From Vicugna vicugna (Eukaryota), in NCBI GenBank assembly GCA_013265495.1, contig MU058781.1:10459009-10523008 (forward strand): a stretch of DNA of 64,000 bases. The letters run 5' to 3'. The translations under genes and the position numbers were made by a program. Shown in pieces: positions 12,126 through 24,910 of the stretch (within the stretch, counting starts at the first letter, position 1; every line of letters begins with the position of its first letter). Below the pieces are notes generated by a model that made no database searches, was not told where the DNA came from, and was given only the letters and a program-made list of their open reading frames with translations.

Positions 12126-13224
12126 TCTCATTTTTTCTTTTTATATCAAACTTTTGTCATTCTTAAAGTTTGACGTAAACACATACACACACTATCTTGA
12201 TCTTCAAATATAGTAAAGCATTTGTAGAAACTAATATGAGAAGACCACTGTAGCACTGAATTCGAAATTTTTAAAAACACACTGTTTTCTATATAGCTCA
12301 TTTTGTCTAGTACTGGCTATGATTTTTCTCATTAAATGTCACTGAATGTTTTGTCACCAAAGATTTTATAATTTTACAATTTTATATTATCTCTCTGTAT
12401 TTCCTCCAATATCAGCAGTTGAAATACTCAGGCCAGAGCTTCATTCTGGAATGTTATTCTGCTCTTAGAAAGATACTGATGTTTTAAACAATTATAATAA
12501 CCACTGCAAAGTTAGTACCAAGCCACTGAAAAATATCTTTCAGCAATTTGATATGTGGGAAAAACATATACTACTTTTGGACATCAGTATTTCAGTATTG
12601 TGTTGAGTTTTAAAGATCTAATAAAAATAATGTTTATATTTTTGACAACTTGAGTCAAAATTAATCTAAACAAAATGCTTGAAGTGAAGATGATTCAATA
12701 AATTAATAGCAGGACTTGGGTTGGGGAAGGCACTAATTCTCAATATAAAAGGACCCCAAATATGCAATCACAAATATTTCTGTTCCCATTTTTTAGCAGA
12801 TGTTAAGTCTACTTTATGATCACATCTTTAAGAAATAATTACTTCGATGTACTCAATATTTGAGTAACATCAAGAAGAATTTATCACCTCCAGAAAGGCA
12901 TTAGAAATGGAAATTATAGATATTCAGTAACACAAAGACAAACCATTTTGTGTGAAGCTAGATTTTCCTGCATATGTGTGTCTTATTTGAGAAGTTAGGA
13001 AATAAAACTGCTGTAGTCAGAGAGTGACAGACTATTATCTGTATAATCAAAATCACATGTTCTTTTTTTAAAGATTTGAGTATAATTAATAGTATGTATG
13101 TTGATTTAAGTTATTGTTTTAAAAAGAGAAATCCTTCATTAAGAAAACAGGTAACCTCACTACAATCTTTGTGGTGGGAGAATGGAAAACAGATTATTAT
13201 CAATGTTTTGTAAGTTAAAAAAAA

Positions 13225-13394
13225 TTTTTTTTCTTTCCAGTTTTATTGAGCTGTAATTGACATACAGAAGCGCTGTATACATCTTTGGGGTGGATAATTA
13301 CGCTTTATTTATTTACACAGAAGTATTAGGTTTTGAATCCAGGACCTTGGGCTTGCTAGGCACGTATTCTACCACTAAGCTATACCCTCTCCCC
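13225..13394 (-). mobile_element. tRNA-derived camelid-type SINE (Vic-1-like) joined to a short L1 3' terminus
   Basis: Minus strand GGGGAGAGGGTATAGCTTAGTGGTAGA (A box) ... GGATTCAAAACC (decayed B box) ... TAAATAAATAAAGCGTAATTATCCACCCC; flanking direct repeat 13184-13207 / 13395-13418. Confidence 0.85.
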
Positions 13395-15201
13395 GGAAGA
13401 CAGATTATAATTGATGTTAATTCGTTTTACTTCTCTTAATCCAATTTTGCTTTTTGTCTGATGCCTAATTACTCTAAGAAAAAAAATCTATTTTTTTTTC
13501 TTTCTAATATCCACTCTGGTTGGCAGAGAATTAAAAAAAAAAGAATGAATCAATAGCTCACAGGTTCTTCCAGCTCACTTTATCAGTTTAGAGTACTTTG
13601 AAAATTACAGACTTCTTCAAAACCTAGATTCCCTCCACCTTGAAAGACCCGTTAATTCATGATATTCTCTATGTTCCATTAGGCAATGTCCTATGCTCTG
13701 AAATATCATTCTAAAGCATTATTTTTAATGACATAATGAGGAAAATAAACACAAAGTTATTTGCCCCATGGTTGCAAAAGGATATTGAGTTTAGAGAGAT
13801 CGGATCTATCAATAGGAGAAGGCAGTTCTGAATACTAAATCAAATTACACCTTTTCCTGTTGGGATTTCAACATCTGCCTCCGTGTAGATTGATTAGAAT
13901 AAAGCAGGCCATCAGAGGCCCTTTGTCTGTGCTTGACTGGGTGAAACAGCTGACAAGTGGCCATCAGATTACCCACAGAGGGGCAGCTGCGAGATAGGAG
14001 TTTGACAGCTGACTTCATTATAATTCCTACGCTGCAGACGGCAATGGATTTGTCCTTTAATTGAGCTGGGCCAGCAAACTGCCCAGAGGAAATGGGAGGG
14101 AAGATGGCTGGATACTGAGAACAGAAAAAGTAGCAGGTGAATCCCACTCTAAAAACAGTATCAGGACAACCTCGAATGAAATGTTTTGGTATTTGGGGCA
14201 TTTCAGTCACTTTAACTGAAATTGAACTTGGCTATTGGAATGCCTTCAAAAGTTCTTTTATTAGTCAGGGAATTCCCCTAAACTTAGCAAGCAATTTCCA
14301 AAATATTTGCCTATCATTACTTTGCCACATGCTTTTGAATGCTACGTAGAAAGAAGTTGCTTCAGAAGTGTATGAATAAACTATGTACGAGAAAAGCAAA
14401 GAAGGTTTGCTATGGTTAATAAAATTTTTGAGGGGTTTCTGACAGAAAAAAAAATGCAGATTGTCAATGCAGTTTTACCATGATTCAGTATGTATAAATA
14501 TGTTTAGGAGCATAAAATAGTACAAGGTTGACTATTTCTAAGTGAAATCTTGCAATCTGAAATATCAAAGGCAACTGGACTTAATAAAACACATAAGTCA
14601 AAATAATCCATTATTTCATATTAAAACAAAGACAATTTAAAACTGCATACATTGTGAAAATGTTATAGATTTTCACTTTAGGAAAATAACTTTGTGGTAG
14701 GCTTTGGCATTTAAAATATATGTGCTTCTGTAATTTGTCTTCATTTGCTTCTGGTAGATTTTTCTCTATACACAGTAAGAATCAGTGTGAAATAACCACT
14801 AAAAAAATTCACACTGGTCATAAATAAAATAATGCATATTATTCAATGCCACTGTTATAAATGCTTCTTGTGAATGTTTCAATTTATGTTGTTACCATTG
14901 TCCTTTATGTATTAAAACTGTTATTTAGAACTATAGGATTAACTGAATAAATTAACCAGTGGTATTACAGCCATAATTTTTTTTTAACATCAGTGTCCTT
15001 TCCCACAAAATGTTTGTGAGCCCATTATAAGATGAAAACTCTGTACATTTATTTATTATCATGGTTCACTCTGTGTATTAATGCAAAATCAGAAATGCAA
15101 AATAGTTAAATAATAATCAAAAGAAAATCTAGATAAATGATACATGATGATTTTTAGAATTATAGAATTTTATGCACTCAAATATTTAATAATCATTTAC
15201 T

Positions 15202-15485
15202 CATAGAAAACAAACTATGGTTACCATAGGGAAAAGGGCAGGGGAGGCATAAATTAGGAGTCTGGGATTAACAGACACACATTACTTATGTAAGATAGAT
15301 AAACAACAAGGTTCTACTGTATAGCACAGGGAACTATATTCAAATTTTTGTACTAACATACAATGGAAAAGAATCTGAAAAGAAAAAATATGTGTGTATA
15401 TATATATCTCTGAATCATTTTGTTATATATCTGAAGATAGCATTATAAATCAACTGCATCTCAATAGAAAATAAAATTTTAAAAA
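15202..15485 (+). mobile_element. 5'-truncated LINE-1 3' end with TSD
   Basis: CATAGAAAACAAACTATGGTTACC...CTACTGTATAGCACAGGGAACTATATTC...; perfect 17-bp direct repeat TAATAATCATTTACTCA at 15187-15203 and 15486-15502. Confidence 0.93.
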
Positions 15486-15699
15486 TAATAATCATTTACT
15501 CAAAGAACTCGATTCTTTTCAGGGGAAAAATAATCAATGTAGAGGTGGGGTGACTCATCCTAGGATTTACAACCTGGTAACGGAGATTTTCTGAACAAAG
15601 GAATTTGAGGTCCGGTTTGGCGAGGCCAATAGTTGAATGTTACTGTCATGCTCTCCACAGACTATCAATACTTAACTTATGAAGGACTGTCCCTTAATA

Positions 15700-15862
15700 T
15701 AATATTATTGTGGTTAAGACACAGTCTCTGAACTAAACTGTCCAAGAGCAAACTTCAACTGTACCAACTAATATTTATGTATTCTTGGCAAATCACTTGT
15801 AAATCTCTTTCTACCTCAGTTTCCTCATATGTAAAATTAGGAGGCCAATATTACCTACCTTC
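15700..15862 (+). mobile_element. MIR SINE
   Basis: GTGGTTAAGACACAGTCTCTG...TTGGCAAATCACTTG...CCTCAGTTTCCTCATATGTAAAAT. Confidence 0.8.
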
Positions 15863-17827
15863 AATTCATCCTTGTTTATTTAGGAACCATCAGGCAAGCA
15901 CCCAAGATCAGGCAATGAGAAGTAAAGAACAAAGGAATGGAAGAAGCAGTTACACTCAATCCAAATTTATCTAGTTAACTAAATATTGGGACTTTCTGGT
16001 TTGAGGGAAAAGAGATACTGGGTAGTATAAAAGTCCAAATTTAAGAAGTTAACCTTTCCCCCAAAATATCAAATAACCTATTTTAGCCTTGGGAGAATTT
16101 AAAATCTATCTCATTGTGTTGAATTTCTCCTTTCTGATAGAAAGATCATTATTTCATCTCTAATATAAAAATTTTATGCTGTCTCTAATATAAGAATCAT
16201 GTATCATCCAGCATAAGAATTCATCTCTAACATGAGAATTTCCTTTAGCACTGACTAAGCTGTATACCACAAATTTTCATTTGCATAATCATTATTATCA
16301 TTCAGTTTGAAATATTATTCAATTTCATTTGTGATTTCTTCTTTGACCAATGGATTATTTAGAAGTGTCTTGTTTAATTTGAAATTATTTGTGTTCCTAG
16401 ATGTTTTATGGTTTTTAATTTATAATTACACCCCTTGTGGCCAGAAAACATACTCTGCCTGACTTAATTCTATTAAATTAACTGAGATTTCTTAATGTTC
16501 TTATATAATTTCTGTCTTGGTGAACATACCACATGCTTATGAAAAAAATGTTTTCTCTAGTTGTTGGGTACTGTGTTTATAAATATCAATTAGGGCAAGG
16601 TAGTTGATACTGTTAGTAAAACAACCTATCGATTTTTGTTTGTTTGTTTAGGTGTTCTATTAATTGCTGAGAGAGTGGTGTTAAAATCTCCAACTATAAG
16701 TGTGAAATTCTCTTTAATTCTGTCAATTTCTTCATGTTTTGAAGTCCTGTTACTAGGCATATAAACATGTATGATTATATGTATTCCTGATAAATTGAGC
16801 ATTTTATCATTATGATATATCCCTGTTTACCTCTGTAAGTATTTTTCTCTTAAAGACTAGGTCATCTGATATTACCATAGCCACTCCAGCCTTTGTAGGC
16901 ATACTGTAAGCATGGCATACCCTTTTTCTATTCATTTGCTTTCAAATTATCTATGTCTTTATATTTAAAGGGAAACACTTGTAGATAACAGATAATTGAA
17001 TCGTGTTTGGCTTTTAGTCCATTCTGATAATCACTGACTTAACTGGAGTGCTTAGTTCATTAATAGTTAATGTAATTATTGACATAGTTGTGATTTATAT
17101 ATATCTTTTTGCTATTTGTTTTCTGTTTGTTATTCTATTTCTTTATTCTTTCTTTACTGCATTCTTTTGGATTGTTTAAATATCATTATAATTTCATTTT
17201 AATGTATCTTTTGGCTTTTTTAGCTTGACCTTTTACATTATTTTTAGTGGTTACTCTAAGGATTACAGTAACCATTCTTTATTTTTTATTCTACTTAATG
17301 TTAATATTATACCTTTTCACATAAAATGTAGAAATTGTGCAGCCATCTTTTATGCTATAGTTGTCATATGTATCATATATACATGAAATTATAAGCCACA
17401 CAGGACAATGTAGTGATGTTTTCTTTAAACTTTTCTGAAGAATTACTTTAGCATTTCTTGTAGTGCTGGTCTGCTGATAAATTATCTTAGTTTTTCTTTA
17501 TTTAAAAATGGTTTTATTTTACATTTTTTCTTAAAGGATAATTTTTCTGAATATAGAATTCCTTTTTTCTTTAGTTACTTTCAAGATATTGGTTCATTGC
17601 TTCCTCACTCATATATTTTCTGGTAAGAAATCTGTGTTATTATTCCTCTGTAGGTAATGTGTTGTTTTTCTTTGCTTCCAAGGTTTTTTTTCTATCTTTA
17701 GCATTTAGCATTTTGGCGTTGATGTGACTTAGGCATGGTTTTCTTCATATTCATCCTGCTTGATGTTTACAAAATTTTATTTATCTTTAAATTTATGTAT
17801 TTTACCAAATGAAGACAATGCTGGACA

Positions 17828-18009
17828 TCATTTCTTCAGATATGTTGTCTGCTTGATTCTCTCTCTTATCTTCTGCTGGGACTCCAATTATGTGTATGTT
17901 AGATCTTTTGATAAAGCTCATTTCTTCAGATATGTTGTCTGCTTGATTCTCTCTCTTATCTTCTGCTGGGACTCCAATTATGTGTATGTTAGATCTTTTG
18001 ATAAAGCTC
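17828..18009. repeat. Perfect 90-bp tandem duplication
   Basis: 17828-17917 identical to 17918-18007, plus 2-bp TC overhang. Confidence 0.97.
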
Positions 18010-18032
18010 CACATATTCTTGAGGCTCTGTTT

Positions 18033-18187
18033 TATTTATTCATTTATTTTACTTATTTATTTGGGAGGAGGTAATTAAGTTTATTGATTCTTTTTAATTT
18101 TTCTTTTATTGGAGACACTGGGGGGATTGAACCCAGGAACTCCTTCATGCTAAGCATGCACTCTACCACTGCCTTAATGCACCCTGC
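18033..18187 (-). mobile_element. tRNA-derived camelid-type SINE (Vic-1-like) with TSD
   Basis: GGGGATTGAACCCAGG (reverse B box), CATGCTAAGCATGCACTCTACCACTG, GGAGGTAATTAAGTTTATT tail; TSD CTTGAGGCTCTGTTT 18018-18032 / CTTGAGGTTCTATTT 18188-18202. Confidence 0.9.
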
Positions 18188-21100
18188 CTTGAGGTTCTAT
18201 TTAAAACATTTTTTTCTCGCCAAATTTGCTTTCTCTTACCCATAGTATTTGCTGTTTTTTTTTTTAATTTTGGATATTGTATTTTTCATGTAAATAATGA
18301 TCATTTGGTTCTTTTTGTATTTTCTATTTCTTTTCTATTTCCTACCTATTTACTTATTCATGATTTGTGAGCATACTATGTCCTTTAATATTTTTACAAT
18401 TGCAATTAAAAATATGATATGCTAATTGTAACATATGGACAAACTTAGATTGTCTTTTCTATTCAAACTGGGTCAAATCTTTGTAGTTCTTCATATGTAG
18501 AATAATTTTGGTTTGTATTTTGTGCACTGATATGCTGGGGAGGTTGAGGACTCTGTTTTATTAACTCTGTTTCAAAATTTGTTATTTTTGTTATTTTAGC
18601 AGGCAATTAACTTGTAGGAATTCAATCCAAAATTCTGTATCTCAAATCTCAGTTTAGTTTTGTCTCCTTATCCTTTGCTGGAGGCAATGAGAAGCATGTG
18701 TGGTTCAGGAGTGAAACCAATTTGGGCAGAGTGTATACACAGTATATAGGGATTTCTTTCTCTAGTTCTCACTTTTATTGAATCCCCCTAACTGCTGTTT
18801 GTTGCCTCAAATTCTGTTCTCTGGTTTATCAAGGAACAAAGTTCTTAGGTTTTTTATCAAAATTTTAGCTGCTATGTGTGCTGCTAACTTTTACTATATG
18901 CCTTAGAAAAAGAACATCATCTGAGCTATCCATTTTACCCCCAGATTTTTACACCTGAAAGAATCTGTCTTCTGTTGTTTATTTTTAGTATCACTATTTT
19001 TTTAAATTGTCTAGGGCTTATAATTCTTATCTGCAGTAGTTTGGATTCTGTAGGAGATTTCTTGGTTGTCCCAGAAGTGGGACACAAATCATTACTTCTT
19101 GAGACATAAGAAACTCCAACGGTCCAAGAATATTTCATCTTTGGGGGCTGATTGCCTAGCTCTCTAAATAATTATAAGTTGTCTAATTATCTTTTCCCCA
19201 AATTTCTATCAATAAATGGAGCCTGAGAAATGAAGTCACCCTGGGGCAGGACAAATACTATAGGCATATTTAAGTACCCCAGGAACCAGAGAAGTTGCAA
19301 TGTATACCCTTGCTTTAATTCTAACAATAATAAACCCTTTAGAAATATGAGCAATGAAGTGAGAAATTTTGGGGAGTATTTCTGAATTAAACTGCTTCTT
19401 ATCTATCCACCTAAATTGTTTAGTAAATATTTCAAGGTCCTATATCAAAGAAGATATGATATAGCCTTTCTTACATAAAGATTGGTCAGTAGGAATATAA
19501 TTAAAGCCATACTTTCTGATAGTGTTAATACTTCTGAGACTTCTAAGCCATCATATTTAGCACCTAACGTAGCAATTTCACTCATAAATAGAATTCACAG
19601 AATTGATTTCTAAAACTAGACACTGAACATACAATCACAGGGGATAAAAAGAGGTAGGTGGAAAAAAAGGAATTAATTTCAAGAATAAAATTTATGTGAA
19701 ATACATGGGAGAATAAATCATATGGAGATACATAAATATTTAAGCTTATCTAGTATATAAAATGCTTATCAAGTATATAAGCTACCCAAGACTTAGAACT
19801 GAATTGAAAAGAGATGGATATGTGTTCTGTCAAATAAAAGATAAAAAACTTACATAGAAAATATTTGGACTTTTGAGAAAGTTTATGTGTGTGCACATGC
19901 TTGTGTACATGTGCATAAATTTTTCATTGAATATTTTTAAAGTAAGAATTCTAGTATGAAGGGAATCTAATGTCTCTCTTTTCTGTAGCTTCTTGCCTAC
20001 CCATTCTAATTTATCATTCTAATTTATCAATCATGCTGAGAAGCTTAAAGACTAAGGTTTAGTTTCTTACTGAATATCATTTTCATTTTCATTGTTTAAT
20101 CCAATATGAATTTTTATTAGACTTGCTGAATTTTAATACCAGTTTCTCTGCAATATCCTAATGAGTTTTCATCACTGTGGGACTCTGTGTGTTGCTATCA
20201 GATTAGTAAGTGGAGCACATGTCAGTTATTAGACTTCTATAAATAATGCATATAACTTATGCAGTATCACTCAATACTAAAAATTATTTCTTAAGGAAAA
20301 TAGAAGGTATTATGTTAAAGGATAAGAGAAGCCAAGTTGACAAAGAGAGAAAGGAGCTGAATTCTTGATCTCCTAGACTAAGAATTTCTGCTAAGTGTTA
20401 GAACACTCTGGGTAAATATTTCCATTACACTTTGATATATAAATACTGAACTTCAGCTTCAAAGACTAGCCAATTAGAGAGTTTTTCATGAAAGCTTTAG
20501 TAGAAGATACATGACCAAGCTACCTAATAACTTAATTCTCTGGTTTTTATTTTCTATAAATTAAATCGAAGTGGCAAAAAGGATGAGGTTTAGTGCTGGT
20601 TAGATTGAAGACAACTGATTTTTCATTTACCACCAATGAAGTATAAATGGGTATAACTTTTCTGATGGGCAATTAGACAATATAAAGATGATGCCACAAA
20701 AATTATACATGTCATTATCGTCATTCTGCCCATAGAAACAAGCATTTCCTTGCTTAACCCAATAAAATCATGAAAAATATGATTAGACATTAGATACGCA
20801 GGTGAATGTCAGGAATGGCACAGGGCCAGTTGAACCAGAGGGGACTATATCTGCTCCACTAACAGTTTCCTGTGACTTTTTAAAGATCTAGGCACTCTTC
20901 CAGCCAGAAAGCCATCTGATAGATGGGATGATACATGATACAAGGAGGGAGCAGCAAAGTTGGAGTGCATTGAGAACCCATCTCATAGCTCTGTTCTCAG
21001 CTGCTGGGTTTTTTTTGTTTTGTTTTGCTTGTTTGTTTGTTTCCTTATTTTGGAAACATAGCTTAAGTCACTTGTTATTTGGAAAATGGTAGGAAGAACT

Positions 21101-21402
21101 GACAACACTAATGGATACAAAATGGCAATGTATTTCCATGATTTCTCGTGCAAGATTTTGAGTATTTTGAAAATTACAGATATCCAATTATTTGTATGTG
21201 TTCAAAACTTACTAGGACATTATTTTACCAAGTCATTTTACTAAAAATGTCAAATATAAAGATTCATAAAATCAGAAAACCTATGTAATAGTCTCTTGAA
21301 TAACTACCAACTGATTTTACTCCTAGAGAATAAAATTTAGTCATCAACATAAAAGATTACACACTGACTTCTGTTATATCTGAAGCTTTTCTCTAGCCAT
21401 TG

Positions 21403-21497
21403 AGGGCTGAGTGGTTGTACAACTCCAGGGCCATCTTCCAGACTATATTCTATGTGAAATTTCTGCCTGGATTTGTGCAATGAGAAAAGCCTGCCAC
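21403..21497. mobile_element. MER91-like hAT MITE
   Basis: GGTTGTACAACTCCAGGG...TGTGAAAT...CCTGGATTTGTGCAATG, decayed palindromic structure. Confidence 0.55.
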
Positions 21498-22343
21498 CAA
21501 CATCTGTTTTGAAGAATTTGTAGCTATTAGTCAGTTTATTTCATTATCTTTCCAGCAAAAACTGAACATTTCAGGAATATTAAAGTTATAGCTTTAAATA
21601 TATTACCAACCCATGATTTAAGGTCTGCTATAAGCCTATATATTAGAGGAGAAAAACCAGTAGGGGAATATTTGGCTCAAGTCCCCCAGTTGAGATCATG
21701 GTCAGAGGTGTGATACTTGCCAGAAACCTCAGAAAAACATCACATATCTACACATCACTTTACCCTTTACAAGAAAAAATAAGGCAATACAAGACTAATA
21801 TCTTTTCACCTTTCCCAAAAGTCAGGGCATTAAAAGCCACCCTTTGCAGACTAGATTGTTAAGTTTCATGTCTGAATGCACAAAGAAATGGCATAGGTCA
21901 CAGGTGAGATACAGCATCCTGCAACCCATCTTAAAAAGCAATTTTTCATGTGGCATTCTCCTTGTGCTAGACTTGACCATTATTAAACTCCAGAACATCC
22001 TAAAGTATATCTGCCAAAATACTTAAAAGCATATCCTTGAGGAAACTGTGTGCATTATTATTTCTCTCTAGAACAAAACTCGAAACAGAATTAAAAATTG
22101 TCTTCTACTCCAAGACAATGTAGAACTTAATTTGTTGCTGTAATTTACTGTGAGGTTTTAACATTTGAATAGACTCTGGAAATTATTATTATTATTGTTA
22201 TTATTTTTATTAACTTTGAGGAAGACATGTAGAGAACCAGATTAAACATTACAACCATTGTTTAAAATGTAATCTCATCATTGAATCATTCCACCCTGGT
22301 ATTTTCTAATCATTATATTATTTTTAACAATATAAAAAGCATG

Positions 22344-23443
22344 TTTTTTCCCCCAAGTCTTATTTAGATGCAACTGACATATAGCACTATGTAACTTTAA
22401 TGTGTACAAAATAATGATTTAATATATGTATATGTTGTAAAATTATTACCATAGTAAATTTAGTTAACATTCATCACCTCAGATAGTTATAATTTCTTCT
22501 CTTGTGATGAGAACTTTAAGATCTACTCTATTAGCAACTTTCAAATGCACAATACAGTATTGTTAACTATAGTTAACAGACTGAACATTACATCCCCAGA
22601 ACTTACTTATCTTATAACTAGAAGTTTTTCATTTTTAACCACCTTCCTCCATACTTACCCGCCCCCAACTTCTCTGGCAGTCACCACTCTGTTCTATATT
22701 TCTGTTAAGTTTGTTTTCTTTTTTAGATTCCATATGTGAGATCATATAGTATTTGTCTTTTCCTGTCTAATTTATTTCACTTAGCATAGTATTCTCAAGA
22801 TTCATTCATGTGGTCACAAATGGTGAGACTCCTTCTTTTTGATGGCCAAATAGTATTTCGTTATATGTATATACTATATTTTCTTTATCCACTCATCCCC
22901 CGATGGACACTTAAGTTGTTTCCATGTATCAGCTATTGCAAATAAGGCTGCAGTGAACATGGGGAAGCAGATATCACTTCAAGACGGTGACTATTTCTTT
23001 GGATATATATCCATAAATGGAACTGTTGGATCATATGGTAGTTCTACTATTAATTTTTTAAGGACCCTCCATACTTTTTTCCATAGTGGCTGCACCAATT
23101 TATATTCCCACCAACAGTGTACAAGCGGTCTCTTTTCTCTACATCCTTGCCAACATTTGCTCTCTCTTGTCTTTTTGATAATGGTCATTCTAACAGGTGT
23201 GGTATCTCTTTGTGGTTTTGGTTTGCATTTCCCTGATGATCAGCTATGTTGAGAAAACTTTTCATGCGCCTCTGGGCCATTTGAATATCTTCTTTGGAAA
23301 AATGTCTATTTGGGTCCTTTGCCCATTTTTAACCAGATTATTTGTTTTTTGGTTTTTGGGTTTTTTTTTTTTTTTTTTGCTATTGAGTTGTATGAATTCC
23401 TTATATATTTTGGATATGAACCTCTTAGAAGATATGTGCTTTG
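22344..23443 (-). mobile_element. LINE-1 3' end (L1MA9-like 3' UTR plus ORF2 C-terminus)
   Basis: GTGATGAGAACTTTAAGATCTACTCTATTAGCAACTTTCAAAT 3' UTR; minus ORF 22991-23188 CWQGCREK..LVHCWWEYKLVQPLWKKVWRVLKKL..ELPYDP is the ORF2p Cys-rich domain. Confidence 0.93.
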
Positions 23444-23444
23444 T

Positions 23445-23870
23445 TTCCAGACTTATTCCTACGTATTTAATTTTTTTGCTATTTTAAATGGTGTTTTTTA
23501 AATTCAAGTTTTGATTTTTGGTTATTAGTTTTCTTAAGGAGAAAGCACTGAATATTTCTCCATTAAGTACGATGTTAGCTATGGGTTTTTCCTAGATATC
23601 CTTTGTCAGATTGAAGCAATTCCTTATACTCCTGGTTTTCTAACATTTTTTTCATCATGAGTGGATGTTAGATTTTGTGAAATGTTTTTCCTGCATCTAC
23701 TGTAATGATCAGATGAATTTTCTTTTTGAGTCTTCATATGGTGAATTATATTGATTAATTGTCAAATGTTAAATCAGCCCTGCATTTCTCTTTCTTTGTG
23801 ATTCCATTTGCAAGAATTTTGTTAAAAATAAAAACTGCAGTTTTCTTATAATATCTCTGGTTTTATTAAT
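23445..23870 (-). mobile_element. Older L1M ORF2 fragments
   Basis: TTTCTCCATTAAGTACGATGTTAGCTATGGG, TCATGAGTGGATGTTAGATTTTG, TTGATTAATTGTCAAATGTTAAATCAGCCCTGCATT. Confidence 0.75.
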
Positions 23871-23892
23871 GCTATTTTTATCTTTAAATATT

Positions 23893-24617
23893 TGATAAAA
23901 TACTGTAGCCTGAAGTCAGGGAGAGTGATATCTCTAGCTCTGTTCTTTTTTCTCAAGATTGCTTTGGCAATTTGAGGTCTTTTGCGGTTCCATATAAATT
24001 TTAGGATTATTTGTTCTAGTTCTGTGAAAAATGTCATGAACATTTTAATAGGGATTACATTAAATCTATAGCTTATTTTGGGTACTATGTAAGTTTTAAC
24101 AATATTAATTCTTCCAATCCATGAGCACATGATATCTTTTCATTTCTTGTATCATCTTCAAGTTCCTTCATCAGTGTTTTATAGTTTTCAGAGTATAGGT
24201 CTTCACCTCCTTGGTTAAATTTATTCCTAGGTACTTTAGTATTTTTGATGCAATTTTAAATGAGATTTTGTTTGTTTGTTTTCTCTTTCTGAGACAGAGT
24301 GTATAGAAAAGCAACAGATTTGTTTGTTAATCTTGTATCCTGCAATTTTACTGAATTTACTTATTCTAATAGTTTTTTGGGGGAAACTTTAGGGTTTCCT
24401 ATATATAGTATCATGTCATCTGCTGATAGTGATAATTTTTCTTCTTTCCTTTCAATTTATATGCCTTTTATTTCTTTTTCTTTTCTGACTCCTATGGCTA
24501 TGACTTCCAATACTATGGTAAATAAAACTGGCAAGAGTGGGCATCTTTGCCTTTTTCCTGATTCTGAAGGAAAAGCTTTTAGCTTTTCACTCTTGAGTAT
24601 GCTTTTAGCTGTAGGTT
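23893..24617 (-). mobile_element. LINE-1 ORF2 internal fragment (RT region), truncated at both ends
   Basis: Minus ORF 23846-24130 [11 protein letters not shown]...[30 protein letters not shown]...ITLPDFRL. Confidence 0.92.
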
Positions 24618-24619
24618 GT

Positions 24620-24910
24620 CTTGTCACACTTTTTCATTTTTACCAGTTGAATTGGTATAAAATGGCATTGCATTTTGGTCTTGATTTGCATTTCATTGAC
24701 TTTCAGAAGGACCAAACTTTTTAATATATTGTTCTCTTCTTAAACATGATTTATCTCTGCAATTATTTTTAACATATCTTAATATATTTTATTATTTCAT
24801 TTACAGAACCATTTCAAAACTCTTTATATATTCCTAAATATTTGTTACCCTTGGATACTATTATAAATAGATATCATTTCTTTAATTACATTTTCCATTT
24901 GTTCCTATAC
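24620..24910 (-). mobile_element. Ancient L1ME fragments
   Basis: TTGGTATAAAATGGCATTGCATTTTGGTCTTGATTTGCATTTC. Confidence 0.55.

Larger units (their letters stand above)
16240..19050 (-). mobile_element. Ancient L1M LINE-1 (5' region, ORF1 and endonuclease region, antisense), interrupted by a SINE
   Basis: GATTTCTTCTTTGACCAATGGATTATTTAGAAGTGTCTTGTTTAATTT, GTGTTAAAATCTCCAACTATA, ATAGCCACTCCAGCCTT; minus ORF 17802-18014 contains IKRSNIHIIGVPAE, the L1 ORF1p RxNIxIIGVPE motif. Confidence 0.85.

Noticed and set aside
13290..13394. tRNA gene
   Set aside because: A/B boxes belong to a decayed SINE with an AT-rich tail and TSD; no intact cloverleaf; same for the copies at 18.1 and 38.3 kb
16150..18009. 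Repeat-spacer patterns as a CRISPR-like array
   Set aside because: Only 2-4 irregular units, mammalian context, no cas genes
19744..20030. Short 10-20 bp tandem duplications (also at ~30081, 53964, 54650, 58441)
   Set aside because: Common slippage products with no sign of function
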